DNA from: a bacterium | GTDB taxonomy: Bacteria; UBA8248 | Assembly: GCA_965261085.1 (NCBI GenBank) | Contig: OZ253442.1 | Span: forward strand, 3,200,001 to 3,264,000 | Length of the DNA: 64,000 nt | Reading direction: 5' to 3' | Part shown: piece by piece, positions 8,670-19,200 of the stretch | Layout: each line of letters opens with the position of its first letter | Numbering within the stretch: position 1 is the first letter of the stretch | Translations under genes and position numbers: made by a program | Notes under the pieces: model-generated | Database searches by the model: none | What the model saw: only the letters and a program-made list of their open reading frames with translations | Told to the model about the DNA's origin: nothing

Positions 8670-9854
8670 ATGAGGTTGCCTAGAAAAAGAGTAGGAAATT
8701 CCTTCATGGGCTACAGGCGGCCGAGCGGACCGCCCGGGGCCAGGAACCACCTCGTCGTAGTGAGCGCGATGGACAACGCCAACCCCCTCGTGCGCCGGAT
8801 CGGAAAACTCCTGCGCGAGGCGGTCATCGTGAACACCACTTTTGGCAGAAATCTCTTTGGGGATGATGAGAGGCAGCACTACCGGGTGATGGGCCGCACG
8901 GCGGGCCACCCGAACGTGGGGGCGGCCATCGTCGTGAGCCTGGAACCCAAAAGCGCGCAGGACGTGGCCGACGTGGCGGCGGAGGCGTCCCCCTGGATGC
9001 CCATCGAGACCCTCACCATCCACGAGACGGGCGGTACGCTTCAGACGGCGGCGCGCGGAGTGGTAATCGCCCAGAAATTGTATCAACACTTAAGCGCCGC
9101 AAGACGCAGGCGGTGTAATCTGTCCGAAATCACCCTGGGCACGGAATGCGGCGGTTCCGACACCACGAGCGGGCTGGTGGCCAACCCGGTCACCGGAGTC
9201 CTCTCGGACAGAATCGTGGACGCAGGGGGCGTGGTGCTTTTTTCAGAAACCATGGAAATCGTCGGCGCCGAACACCTTCTCGCAAAACGGGCGGCGAACG
9301 CGAAGGTGCGGAAAAAACTACTGGGAGCGGTCGCGCGCACGATGGACTACGCCCATGAGATGGGGATGGACATCATCGGCTGCAACCCGACGGAGGACAA
9401 CATTCAGGGCGGTCTTTCCTCGATTGAAGAAAAAAGCCTGGGCGCGGTGAAAAAAGCGGGCACGCGCGATATCGTGGACGTCATCTTTCCCGGCGAGCGG
9501 ACGAAAGAGCGCGGCTGCGTATTCCTGGACGCCCCGAGCGCGGGGGTCGAGAACGTCACGGCGCTGGCGGCGTGCGGGTCGCAGGCCATCGTATTCAACA
9601 CGGGGAACGGAAACCCTCTTGGGCATCCCGTCTCCCCCACCATCAAGGTGACGGCCAACCCCCGGACGGCGGCGCGCATGGCGGAGAACACGGATTTGGA
9701 CATCAGCGGCGTCATGCGCGGCGAACTCTCAAAGGATGAGGCCGTGGACCTCCTCCACGAGGAGTTGATAGCCGTTTTGAGCGGGAAATGGACGCGGGCG
9801 GAAATTCTGGAGGAAACCGAAATCACCGTGAGCCGCCTCGCGCTTAATTTGTAG
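8670..9854 (+). CDS. UxaA/GarD-family dehydratase or lyase, large (beta) subunit
   Basis: FMGYRR..G.RNH, HPNVGA, ECGGSDTTSG, GGLSSIEEKSLG, PTIKVTAN; no N-terminal SAF domain. Confidence 0.88.
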   Translation: MRLPRKRVGNSFMGYRRPSGPPGARNHLVVVSAMDNANPLVRRIGKLLREAVIVNTTFGRNLFGDDERQHYRVMGRTAGHPNVGAAIVVSLEPKSAQDVADVAAEASPWMPIETLTIHETGGTLQTAARGVVIAQKLYQHLSAARRRRCNLSEITLGTECGGSDTTSGLVANPVTGVLSDRIVDAGGVVLFSETMEIVGAEHLLAKRAANAKVRKKLLGAVARTMDYAHEMGMDIIGCNPTEDNIQGGLSSIEEKSLGAVKKAGTRDIVDVIFPGERTKERGCVFLDAPSAGVENVTALAACGSQAIVFNTGNGNPLGHPVSPTIKVTANPRTAARMAENTDLDISGVMRGELSKDEAVDLLHEELIAVLSGKWTRAEILEETEITVSRLALNL

Positions 9855-9928
9855 ATTTCCAACCGGGCGGACATTTCACTCGCCCGGATTCTTATCAGAT
9901 GAATTTTTCGATTGGATAGGAGTTTTTC

Positions 9929-11134
9929 ATGAACAACGCCATCACCCCCGTTCCCGTGGATGGGGACTACGTCGTCAGCCTCGCGCAGGAACTGATTCGT
10001 ATACCGGCGGAAAACCCGCCGGGGGACTGCTCCGCCATGGCCGAGCGCATTCTCGCGGAACTGAAAGCCATCGGCGTCGATGACGTCACCACCCATGAAT
10101 ACGAGGCGGGGATGCCCAATTTCATCATCCGCACAGGCGATGGCGGGCCGGGCGGGCACTTAGTCATCGGCGGCCACATGGACACCGTGCCCGTTCATCC
10201 CGACGAGGTGGAAGCCTGGGAGGTTCCCCCCTTCAGCGGAGAGCTCATAGGCGGTGAAATCTGGGGACGCGGCGCCGCCGACATGAAGGGCGCGCTCGCT
10301 TCGACCATCGGCGCGCTGAAAGCTCTCAAGGATGAGAAAATCTCTCTCAAGGGCACGCTCACCTGGGTCCTGCTCTCAGACGGGGAGAAGGGTGATTACT
10401 ACGGCGCGCAATCGCTCGTGAACCACGGCGTCCTGAAAGAAATCGGCGGCGACATGGTGCTCTACACCGAATCGACGGGCAACAACATCATCCGCTCCTT
10501 CAAGGGGCGGGTATTCTTCGAGGTGAAGGTGCGGGGCCGCTCGGTGCACGTGAGCGTGCCCGAGAAGGGAATCAACGCCATCGAGAAGATGGCCAAAATC
10601 ATCGACGCCTTCAGGGCGGAGCGCATCGCGCCGCCGCCGCACCCCTTCCTCGGGCCGGGTACTCTTGCCTTTTCCACCATCAAGGGGGGCTCCGCCGTGA
10701 ACGTCGTGGGCGGGCGGTGCAGCGCCACCTTAGACGTGCGCATGCTGCCGGGCCAAACTTCTGCGGGCGTCAAGGAGAAGTTAGAGGGCATTCTCGCCGA
10801 ACTCGCGGCGGATGACCCCGAATTCGACGCATCGGTGGAGATAATGCCCAGCGGCGCGCGCGAGGTGACCGAAGTCGCCGAGGATGAGCCCGTCGTCCAG
10901 CTCATGCGGGAAGTCGTCCCCGCCGTGCGCGGCAGGCCGAACGAGTATCTGCCCGGCATCGAATCGCCCGGCGCGCTCAGGCTCTTCATCGATAACGGAA
11001 TTCCGGGCGTTTTCTTCGGGCCGGGCGAATTCATCTCCGAGGCCCATCTGCCGAACGAGCGCGTGCCCGCGCAAAACCTCATCGACGCCGCCGGCATGTT
11101 CGCCACGGCCGCACGGGCGCACTGCAACGGGTAA
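9929..11134 (+). CDS. M20-family (ArgE/DapE-like) metallohydrolase
   Basis: GHMDTVP, GRGAADMKG, AHLPNE; SDGE where SDEE is usual. Confidence 0.88.
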   Translation: MNNAITPVPVDGDYVVSLAQELIRIPAENPPGDCSAMAERILAELKAIGVDDVTTHEYEAGMPNFIIRTGDGGPGGHLVIGGHMDTVPVHPDEVEAWEVPPFSGELIGGEIWGRGAADMKGALASTIGALKALKDEKISLKGTLTWVLLSDGEKGDYYGAQSLVNHGVLKEIGGDMVLYTESTGNNIIRSFKGRVFFEVKVRGRSVHVSVPEKGINAIEKMAKIIDAFRAERIAPPPHPFLGPGTLAFSTIKGGSAVNVVGGRCSATLDVRMLPGQTSAGVKEKLEGILAELAADDPEFDASVEIMPSGAREVTEVAEDEPVVQLMREVVPAVRGRPNEYLPGIESPGALRLFIDNGIPGVFFGPGEFISEAHLPNERVPAQNLIDAAGMFATAARAHCNG

Positions 11135-11181
11135 GAAAGGGGGAGAGATACCAAGATACGCCTGCGGCATCTGCGCGAATA

Positions 11182-11475
11182 CTAGTCCGCGTCCTCGCGC
11201 CTGAGAAATTCCACCTTGAACCGAACCATTCCGAGGAGTTCCACGCGGTGTGGTTCGGTGGGCCTGATGACGCCGTCGAAGCCGGGTTCTAACCTTTGAT
11301 ATCGCTCGGGCGCATCCGGAACGACATAGTCGAGGCTGCCTTCGAGAACCACGATTCGGGCCCAAACGCCCGGCTTCGTGTCGTGCAGGGTCAGGAGTTT
11401 CTCGGGTACGGTCTTCTCGGTGAAGACTTCGCTTTCGAAGTACTTGACGAGCCCGTCTGGAATACTCTCGCTCAT
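11182..11475 (-). CDS. DUF1971 (YeaR/TehB N-terminal-like) cupin protein
   Basis: FTEKTVPEKLLTLHDTKPGVWARIVVLEGSL...PHRVE; ATG 11475 overlaps the upstream stop. Confidence 0.85.
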   Translation of the reverse strand: MSESIPDGLVKYFESEVFTEKTVPEKLLTLHDTKPGVWARIVVLEGSLDYVVPDAPERYQRLEPGFDGVIRPTEPHRVELLGMVRFKVEFLRREDAD

Positions 11476-11921
11476 ACGCCCGACCTCCCGAGACCGGATG
11501 CGCCGAACATGGCGATTTGGAGACCTTTGGCGATTTGCCCGGCGTGATCCATGAAATAAGTGACCGCCTCCGTCGTCGGCGCCGTGTCCCTCAAGGTTTC
11601 TTCGAACAACTCCAGCCAGACGTCGAAATGCCAGGGCTGGACCTCCAGGAGTTTTTTGTGGGCGGGGATCGGCTCCCCCGAGTAGCGCCCGGCGTTCAAG
11701 GCCACCGACGCCCAAAAATCCTTCATCTTCCCGAGGTGGTGCTCCCAGTTATCGCGAATGGTTTCTTCAAAAATCGGTCCGATGAGCCGATCTGCACGGA
11801 TGCGGCTGTAGAAGGTATCCACGAGCACCGAGATGTAGGCGTCGTCAACCCCCATCGCGGCGGCCTTCTCCTGCACTTCTTGTCGGTGCTCACCCACGAT
11901 ATGGAGATGCGTCTTGTTCAT
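11472..11921 (-). CDS. group III truncated haemoglobin
   Basis: LVDTFYSRIRAD.LIGPIF, WEHHL.KMKDFW, Y.G.P..AH, HFDVWLELF. Confidence 0.9.
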   Translation of the reverse strand: MNKTHLHIVGEHRQEVQEKAAAMGVDDAYISVLVDTFYSRIRADRLIGPIFEETIRDNWEHHLGKMKDFWASVALNAGRYSGEPIPAHKKLLEVQPWHFDVWLELFEETLRDTAPTTEAVTYFMDHAGQIAKGLQIAMFGASGLGRSGV

Positions 11922-12358
11922 GCGGCGTCTCCTGCAAGCAGGTCGAGAAGCGCGGGGTTGCGTTTCACGAGATCATAGACGGTATAGCGATCGAGAACGG
12001 TGAAAAAGGCTTCCTGCGCTTCGGCCAAAACGCTCTTGAGTTTGCAGTATGGCGTGATGAGGCACCCCCCGTTGCCGCCCGGAAAACACTCGACGAGGGC
12101 GCTGGCGCGCTCAGTTTGTCTCGCCACGGCCCCGACGGGGATATCCTCCGCCGGCTTGGCGAGCCTAAGGCCGCCGTTGCGGCCACGGAGCGTTTCGATA
12201 AACCCTGCGCGGCCCAACCCATGCGCGACCTTCATCAAATGGTTTTTCGAGATCCCGTATCGCTCCGCGATTTCGTGGATCGTGACAAGAGCATCCGTGT
12301 GGATGGCCAGATGCATCAGCATCCGCAGGGCATAGTCTGTTTGAAGCGTCAGCCGCAT
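11918..12358 (-). CDS. nsrR: Rrf2-family regulator, NsrR-like
   Basis: MRLTLQTDYALR, ISKNHLMKV, RGRNGGLRLA; three Cys (ECF..GCLITPYCKL). Confidence 0.85.
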   Translation of the reverse strand: MRLTLQTDYALRMLMHLAIHTDALVTIHEIAERYGISKNHLMKVAHGLGRAGFIETLRGRNGGLRLAKPAEDIPVGAVARQTERASALVECFPGGNGGCLITPYCKLKSVLAEAQEAFFTVLDRYTVYDLVKRNPALLDLLAGDAA

Positions 12359-12376
12359 CGGATGTCCTCCATATAA

Positions 12377-12395
12377 CATATATATAATATACATC
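12377..12395 (-). promoter_or_regulatory. candidate NsrR operator
   Basis: GATGTAT-ATTAT-ATATATG just upstream of the nsrR RBS, resembling GATGYAT-N5-ATRCATC; the right arm is imperfect. Confidence 0.5.
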
Positions 12396-12879
12396 TTTTT
12401 AGGAAACTTGCAACACCCACTCCCAACACAAAGGATGTATTCCCTGCCCGGTCAAAACCTCATCGCCCCCGTGGACATGTCCGCGGCCCCTACAGGCTCG
12501 CAAGGCATTCGATGAGGCCCCCTGAAACGAATACGGAAGAACACACAGGCAACATATATGTCTGCCCCTGCGAAACGATCGCAATTCCTCTCTCCCCGGT
12601 CCGCAATCGCTCCCTTTAGAGGCATCGAGCCGTTTTCATCGGCCATCAAATCTTGCTGTCATATTGATATTACTTTGCTACATTCATTATTTCCAATTTC
12701 GCTCGGAACAATGAATATTCATGATAATAGGGTTTCACGGCTGGAAAGAACGTTCGTGCTTATATAAGATAAAGCTGGCCAAACGCGCCGCATGAGATAC
12801 CCGTCACCAGCTTTCGGGCATAGTTCCGGATTGCCCTGGTATGACTACTGTGCCGCTGGGTTAAAAGCTGTTTCCGGCT

Positions 12880-12986
12880 CAAATAAACTCGTACGCCATG
12901 CCGAACAGCAGGGGCTTACCCCGCACCGGCTGGAGGTGGAGGAGTTGTTCGGCGAAAAAGTGCGCGGAGACGAATTTTTGTCCTGA
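12880..12986 (+). pseudogene. C-terminal remnant resembling 4,5-dihydroxyphthalate decarboxylase-like proteins
   Basis: KLVRHAEQQGLTPHRLEVEELF matches a tail pattern I recognise; no N-terminal part is present. Confidence 0.5.
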
Positions 12987-13004
12987 TATTCATGGAGAAG
13001 ACGC

Positions 13005-13691
13005 ATGGCAATCCTCAAAGCACGTCCCCAGGACGTGGAAATCGACTTGGCTCGAACCGCTTTCATCGTGGTCGACATGCAGAACGCATACGCAAAGAAG
13101 GGCGGAATGCTCGACCTGGGAATAGGCATTGACGAATCCCGCACGAACCCTGTCATCGCGGCCAACCAGCGCCTGCTCTCAGCGGCGCGCGCGGCCGGCG
13201 TCCAGGTATTCTATCTCCAGTTCGGGTACAAGCCCGACCTCAGCGACGCGGGGGGGCCGCGGTCGCCCAACATCCGCAAGCAGATGGCCATCAGGATGAT
13301 CAAGGAACGCCCGGCGGACCGCGATAAGCTCATCATCGAGGGAACGTGGGGGTGGGAGATTATCGACGAGCTCAAGCCCGAGCCGGGCGACCTGGTGGTA
13401 AAGAAAGCCCGCTACAGCGGCTTCGCGGGAACGACGCTGGAAAACCAACTCAATGGCCTCGACATCCGGCACATTCTCTTCACCGGCGTGGCCACGAACG
13501 TCTGCGTGGAGAGCACGGCGCGCGAGGCCTTTTTCCGCGAATTCTGGCCCATTCTCATCGAGGATGCGATGGATCACACCGGCCCGGACTTCACTCGCCA
13601 GGCCACCCTGTACAATTTCGAATCAAAATTCGGCTGGGTGACGAAAACGGATGACGTGCTGGACATGATGGAGCGCAACCAGGTCTCGTAG
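13005..13691 (+). CDS. isochorismatase-family cysteine hydrolase, RutB-like
   Basis: ARP...IVVDMQNAYA..GGMLD, KARYSGF, GVATNVCVEST. Confidence 0.88.
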   Translation: MAILKARPQDVEIDLARTAFIVVDMQNAYAKKGGMLDLGIGIDESRTNPVIAANQRLLSAARAAGVQVFYLQFGYKPDLSDAGGPRSPNIRKQMAIRMIKERPADRDKLIIEGTWGWEIIDELKPEPGDLVVKKARYSGFAGTTLENQLNGLDIRHILFTGVATNVCVESTAREAFFREFWPILIEDAMDHTGPDFTRQATLYNFESKFGWVTKTDDVLDMMERNQVS

Positions 13692-14233
13692 AGCATCTCC
13701 CGCGTGGCGAATCGGCGAGCCCGCCGAGATGGAAGCCGCCTGGTTCTCGTTTCCCCGGCAAACGCCCGGCTTCATGAAATATTCGGGATGAACATCACTC
13801 GGTCCGTATAGGTAAAGAGTGCTCTGGTCCGAATTCCAGGGGCAACGCCACTACCCATACCATCGAGCCGATGAACTGAATTCCCTGATCCAGTTAGAAT
13901 CACAATCAATCAGGCTCGTTGGAATCCCGCCGAGCCACGTCGCTCAGTCCGCCCTTCGTCACCCGGATGCTGAGGATCTCGGCGTGCGAACCCTGCGAAA
14001 CAAGCGACAGGATCAGCGCTATGGCAGAAGACTTGGCCCTATGCATTGCCATCTCCTCTATTTCCAACGTTTGATCGGCAATATTCAGTAATCAGTTTTG
14101 CGTTGCGACGATCCCTTTTCCCGTCTCTTTTTCACGAAGCGCCCTCTCCCCCGCATACCGGAGGCGGGACACCTATGCTACAATGGGTGTAGTAGGGAGG
14201 AATCCTCCTCCCTCAGAAGGAAAAGGATTCCCC

Positions 14234-14623
14234 ATGAAAACGCCTTCTTTTTTGGCTCCCCTGGTTGAAGGAAACTCCCTGAAAAGACTATTCCAGGGTT
14301 TTGCGGCAGGTGTAATTTGCACGATGATCATCGGCTTTGGCTGGGGCGGATGGGTGCTCGGCGGCACTGCTGAGCAAATGGTGGAAACAGCAAGCGAAAC
14401 AGCCATGGTCGCGGCTTTGGCGCCCGTCTGCGCTGACAAGTTTCAGCGGGCGGTCAATACCGATAACGGTTTGGTTCCTAAACTCGCAGCGGTCAGTTCA
14501 TGGGAACGGGGCAGTCATTTGCTGAAAGCCGGCTGGGCAACTGCACCGGGAGGAGCAAAGCCAGACGACAATGTGGCGGAAGCGTGCGCCAACTTGCTCA
14601 ACAAGACCTTTAAACTGAAGTAG
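14234..14623 (+). CDS. conserved hypothetical membrane-anchored protein
   Basis: IIGFGWGGWVLGGTA...ALAPVCADKF...VAEACA; AAAGGA RBS. Confidence 0.7.
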   Translation: MKTPSFLAPLVEGNSLKRLFQGFAAGVICTMIIGFGWGGWVLGGTAEQMVETASETAMVAALAPVCADKFQRAVNTDNGLVPKLAAVSSWERGSHLLKAGWATAPGGAKPDDNVAEACANLLNKTFKLK

Positions 14624-14774
14624 GTCGACAAAACCGGCCTCTAGCAGAAACCGCTCGCCCGTCGGCTATCGGGAGCAGCCTTTTACATCCCAGACGGGTT
14701 CGAATGCGGTACAGAGGCAGGGTGGTGAAATAGGTCCGATTTGTTGGACAGCCTGTCGGCTTGTTCATGTGTAT

Positions 14775-14814
14775 TCCGGATGCCCCCGCTACGGCCGTAG
14801 CGGGGGCATCCGGA
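14775..14814. repeat. perfect 40-bp palindrome
   Basis: TCCGGATGCCCCCGCTACGG|CCGTAGCGGGGGCATCCGGA is its own reverse complement. Confidence 0.95.
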
Positions 14815-15146
14815 TCGCATCCTCCTCCAGCATGTTGGCCAAGGTCGCGAGGCCCGCCGTCAGGCGGAAACCCTCGAAACTTGATGGACGCCGGCGGCTC
14901 GTGCGCTATCTCCTGGATCATCCGAAGGCCGGGACGGCCCGTGAAAGCCACGTTTCCGTCGACGTGCGGCTCATGAAGGGGCAAGTACGCAGAGGGCTTT
15001 CCAGGCCGGCGAGGGCGCGGAAGATGATTGCGGCCGATGAGGCCGTACTCTCCGGCGCCGCGTGCATCAAGGGAACCCGCATACCCGCTCACGATATCAC
15101 CGAAATGCTCGACAACGGCGACGGCGTGGACGACGTCCGCGCGGCT
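14815..15146 (+). pseudogene. DUF433-domain gene fragment
   Basis: DEAVLSGAACIKGTRIPAHDITEMLDNG; truncated at the msrA stop, no credible start. Confidence 0.6.
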
Positions 15147-15758
15147 TCAGTTGTGGCCGGGGATGCCCTCGTAGGCATGTTCGCCCCAGACTTGCTTGAC
15201 CGTTTTGTCGCGGCCGCAACCCCAGCGGTAAAATTGGTAGCGGCGCGGGTTCTTTTCATAATAGTTCTGGTGATAATCTTCTGCGGCGTAAAACGGCGCT
15301 GCGGCGAGGATCGGGGTGACGATCGGTTTGTCGAGCAACTTTTGCGCCGACTTCTTGGAGGCCCCGGCCGCGCCGCGTTGCTTCTCGTTCGCGACGAAGA
15401 CGGCGGTCTGGTAGGACTGGCCGCGGTCGCAGAACTGGCCGCCGCCATCGGTCGGGTCGACCGAGCGCCAGAAAGCGGTGAGCAGCGCCTCATAGCCGAC
15501 CTTTGCCGGATCGTAGGTGATCTCGACCGCCTCGTAGTGCCCTGTGCCGCCGGCCGTAACTTGATCGTAGGTCGGGTTTTCGGTCTTGCCGCCGGTATAG
15601 CCGGAGATCGTCGCGACTACGCCCGGCACCTTGTCGAAATCCGACTCGACGCACCAGAAGCAGCCGCCGGCGAAGATCGCCTTGTCGAGTTGCTGTGCGC
15701 TTGCGGTGTGAGCGCAGAGTGAAAGCACCGCGACAACCGTCAGCATGATCCATTTCAT
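15147..15758 (-). CDS. msrA: peptide methionine sulfoxide reductase A, secreted
   Basis: Signal peptide MKWIML...ASA, FAGGCFWC, SGYTGG, GHYEAV, AEDYHQNYY. Confidence 0.95.
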   Translation of the reverse strand: MKWIMLTVVAVLSLCAHTASAQQLDKAIFAGGCFWCVESDFDKVPGVVATISGYTGGKTENPTYDQVTAGGTGHYEAVEITYDPAKVGYEALLTAFWRSVDPTDGGGQFCDRGQSYQTAVFVANEKQRGAAGASKKSAQKLLDKPIVTPILAAAPFYAAEDYHQNYYEKNPRRYQFYRWGCGRDKTVKQVWGEHAYEGIPGHN

Positions 15759-16285
15759 GATACGTCTCCGTTGTTGTGGCTCGGCCTTTATAGGCAAGGC
15801 CGGCGTAGCGATGGGCTACGCGCCGATTATAATCGCTCAGATTATTACACCAAAGCCCTCTGAAGGCGACTCTCGGAGCGGGTTTTCACCGGGTTCGATG
15901 CCAGGGTGCATCCGCCGGGGCCGGGACCGCATCCGGAGATCGACTGGCTCGCGGTCCTGTCGAGGAACTCCGAACCCTCACCGGAGCGGACTCGTCCGGG
16001 TGGCGCTGGCCGGTTACGCAACAACATGCGAAAATCCGTCCTCTGCCGGTTCCTCGAAGTTGCCGGGAGGCGCCGACGCAGATTGGCTTCGGAACCAGGG
16101 GCGAGAGCGCCATATCATGAAGGATGAGACAGGTCGACGACTTGGCCGCTAACCTTGGCGGACACCGGTTCGGTAGAGGTTTTCGACCCCGATGATTCAC
16201 GAGACGCCAACCGGGCCGGGCGGTTACCGGAGCCCGAACCGCGAACCGGCGGGCGGAAGCTCCGCGTGGGCGTACAGGGAGCGTT

Positions 16286-19200
16286 ATGATTAGCCAGCCG
16301 CTGACCAATTTCCGCCGAATACTGGTAGCCAACCGGAGCGAAATCGCCATCCGTGCGTTTCGCGCCGCGGTCGAACTCGGCATCACGACGATCGCGATCT
16401 ACTCACAGGAGGACCGCTTCGCGCTGCACCGCTTCAAGGCCGACGAGGCCTATCCGCTGGGCCGGGGAATGGGCCCGATCGAGGCCTACCTCAGCATCGA
16501 CGAGGTGATCCGCGTTGCGCGCGAGAACGCCGCCGATGCGATCCACCCGGGCTATGGCTTCCTAGCCGAGAACCCGGACTTCGCCGAGGCGTGCGCGAAT
16601 GCGGGAATCGCCTTCGTCGGCCCGCGGCCCGGGATCATGCGCGCACTCGGCAACAAGGTGGCGGCGCGGGAGATCGCGCAATCGGCCGGCGTTCCGGTGG
16701 TTCCGGCGACCGGCCCGCTCCCCCCCGACCCGGAGGATGCCGCGCGTCTCGCCCGGGAGGTCGGTTTTCCCGTCATGCTCAAGGCGAGCTGGGGCGGCGG
16801 CGGGCGCGGAATGCGCACGATCGAGAGCGAGGCCGATCTCGCCGATGGGGTCGAGGCCGCGCGGCGCGAGTGCCTGGCGGCGTTCGGCAATGACGAGGTC
16901 TATCTCGAAAAACTGATTCGCCGCGCGCGCCACGTCGAGGTCCAGATACTCGGTGATAATCACGGCAACCTGGTGCATCTCCACGAGAGGGACTGCTCGG
17001 TGCAGCGGCGCAACCAGAAGATCGTCGAGCGCGCGCCGGCGCATTATCTCGACGCGGCGACCCGCGCGGCGATCCACGAGAGCGCGCTGAAGATCGGCCG
17101 CGCGGTGGGCTACAACAATGCCGGCACCGTCGAGTTCCTCGTCGACGACGACACCGGCGCGTTCCACTTCATCGAGGTCAATCCGCGCATCCAGGTCGAG
17201 CACACGGTCACCGAGGTGGTGACCGGCGTCGACTTGGTGAAGGCGCAGATCCGCATCGCCGACGGGGCCGTGATCGGTAAGCCTGAGAGCGGAATCCCGA
17301 GCCAGGGCGACATTCGGGTGAACGGCCATGCCGTGCAGTGCCGGGTGACCACCGAGGACCCGGAGAACAACTTTATTCCGGATTACGGCGTGCTCACCGC
17401 CTATCGCGGCGCCACCGGGTTCGGCGTGCGCCTCGACGGCGGCACCGCCTATTCGGGCGCCCGAATCACGCCGTTCTACGACTCGCTGCTCGAAAAGGTG
17501 ACGGCATGGGCGCCGACGCTGGATGAGGCGATCCGGCGGATGGACCGGGCGCTCCGCGAATTCCGCATCCGCGGCGTCGCCACCAACCTCGCCTTTCTCG
17601 AGAACGTCATCAGCCATCCGCAGTTCCTCGAAGGCGCTTGCACGACGCGCTTCGTCGACGAGACGCCGGAGCTGTTCAGCTTCGCCTACAGGCGGGACCG
17701 CGCGACCCGGCTGCTGCGCTATGTGGGGGAGGTGATCGTCAACGGCAACGGCGCCGTCGAAGGCCGGCCCGAACCCCCGACGCGCCAGACTCCGAGCGTG
17801 CCGGAGGTTATCGGCGTCGACATACAGGACGGTTCGCGCCAGTTGCTCGATTCCCTCGGTCCTAAGGCTTTCGCCCGGTGGATGCGCGACCAGGAACGGG
17901 TGCTGATGACCGACACCACGTTCCGGGACGCGCATCAGTCGCTGCTGGCGACACGGGTGCGAAGCTACGACCTTATCGCCATCGCGCCGGCCTATGCGCG
18001 GCTGCTGCCCCAGCTTCTCTCGGTCGAATGCTGGGGCGGCGCGACCTTCGACGTGGCGATGCGCTTTCTCGGCGAATGTCCCTGGGCGTGGCTCGAACGG
18101 CTGCGCGCCGCGATGCCCAACCTCCTGACCCAGATGCTGCTGCGCGCGTCGAACGGCGTCGGCTACACCACCTATCCCGACAATGTGGTGCGCTATTTCG
18201 TGCGCCAATCGGCCGAGAACGGGATCGACCTGTTCCGCATCTTCGATTCGCTCAACTGGGTCGAGAACATGCGCCCGGCGATGGACGCGGTGCTGGAGAC
18301 CGGCAAGCTCTGCGAGGCGGCGATCTGCTACACCGGCGACATCACCGACCCCAACCGCACCAAGTACGACCTCGGGTACTATGTCGCGCTCGCCCGCGAG
18401 CTTGAGGCCGCGGGCGCCCATATCCTGGGCCTCAAGGACATGGCGGGTCTGTGCAAGCCGGCGGCGGCCCGGCTCCTCGTCGAGACCCTGAGGCAGGAGA
18501 TCGGCATCCCCATCCACTTCCACACCCACGACACCAGCGGGATTTCCGCGGCAAGCGCGCTCGCCGCGGTGGAGGCCGGGGTCGACGCCGTCGATGTGGC
18601 GATGGATTCGATGAGCGGGCTCACCTCCCAGCCGAGCTTCGGCTCGATCACCGCGGCTTTGCGCCACTCCGCGCGAGACCCCGGAATCGACCCCGATACG
18701 GTGATGACGCTGTCCACCTATTGGGAGCAGGTGCGCAACCTCTATCGCGCCTTCGAGAGCGATTTCCGCGCCGGCACGTCGGATGTCTACAACCACGAAA
18801 TTCCGGGCGGCCAGTACACCAATCTGCGCGAGCAGGCGCGGGCGCTGGGTATCGACAACCAGCGCTGGCCGGAGGTCTCGCGGACTTATGCCGAGGTCAA
18901 CCGAATGTTCGGCGACATCGTGAAGGTCACCCCGTCCTCCAAGGTGGTCGGCGACATGGCGCTGATGATGGTGACGGGCGGGCTGACGCCGGAAGACGTG
19001 GCCAGCCCCGACCGCGAGATCGCCTTTCCGGAATCGGTGGTCTCGCTGTTCGCGGGCGAGATGGGGCAGCCGCATGGCGGCTTCCCGCGCGCCCTGCAGG
19101 AGAAGATCCTCAAGGGGCGGGAGCCGATCACCGTACGGCCCGGCTCGGTGATGCCCGACGCCGATCTCGAAGCCTGCCGCGAGGAGGCGGAAAGGTGCGC

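Noticed and set aside
14769-15722. 317-aa plus-strand ORF as an intact gene
   Set aside because: Only the DUF433-like part before 15146 looks real; the rest is antisense to msrA.
15147-15758. Selenocysteine form of MsrA
   Set aside because: The active site is GCFWC with ordinary Cys codons.
15800-16285. Riboswitch or ncRNA in the long msrA-pyc intergenic region
   Set aside because: Only generic GC hairpins; no recognisable aptamer consensus.
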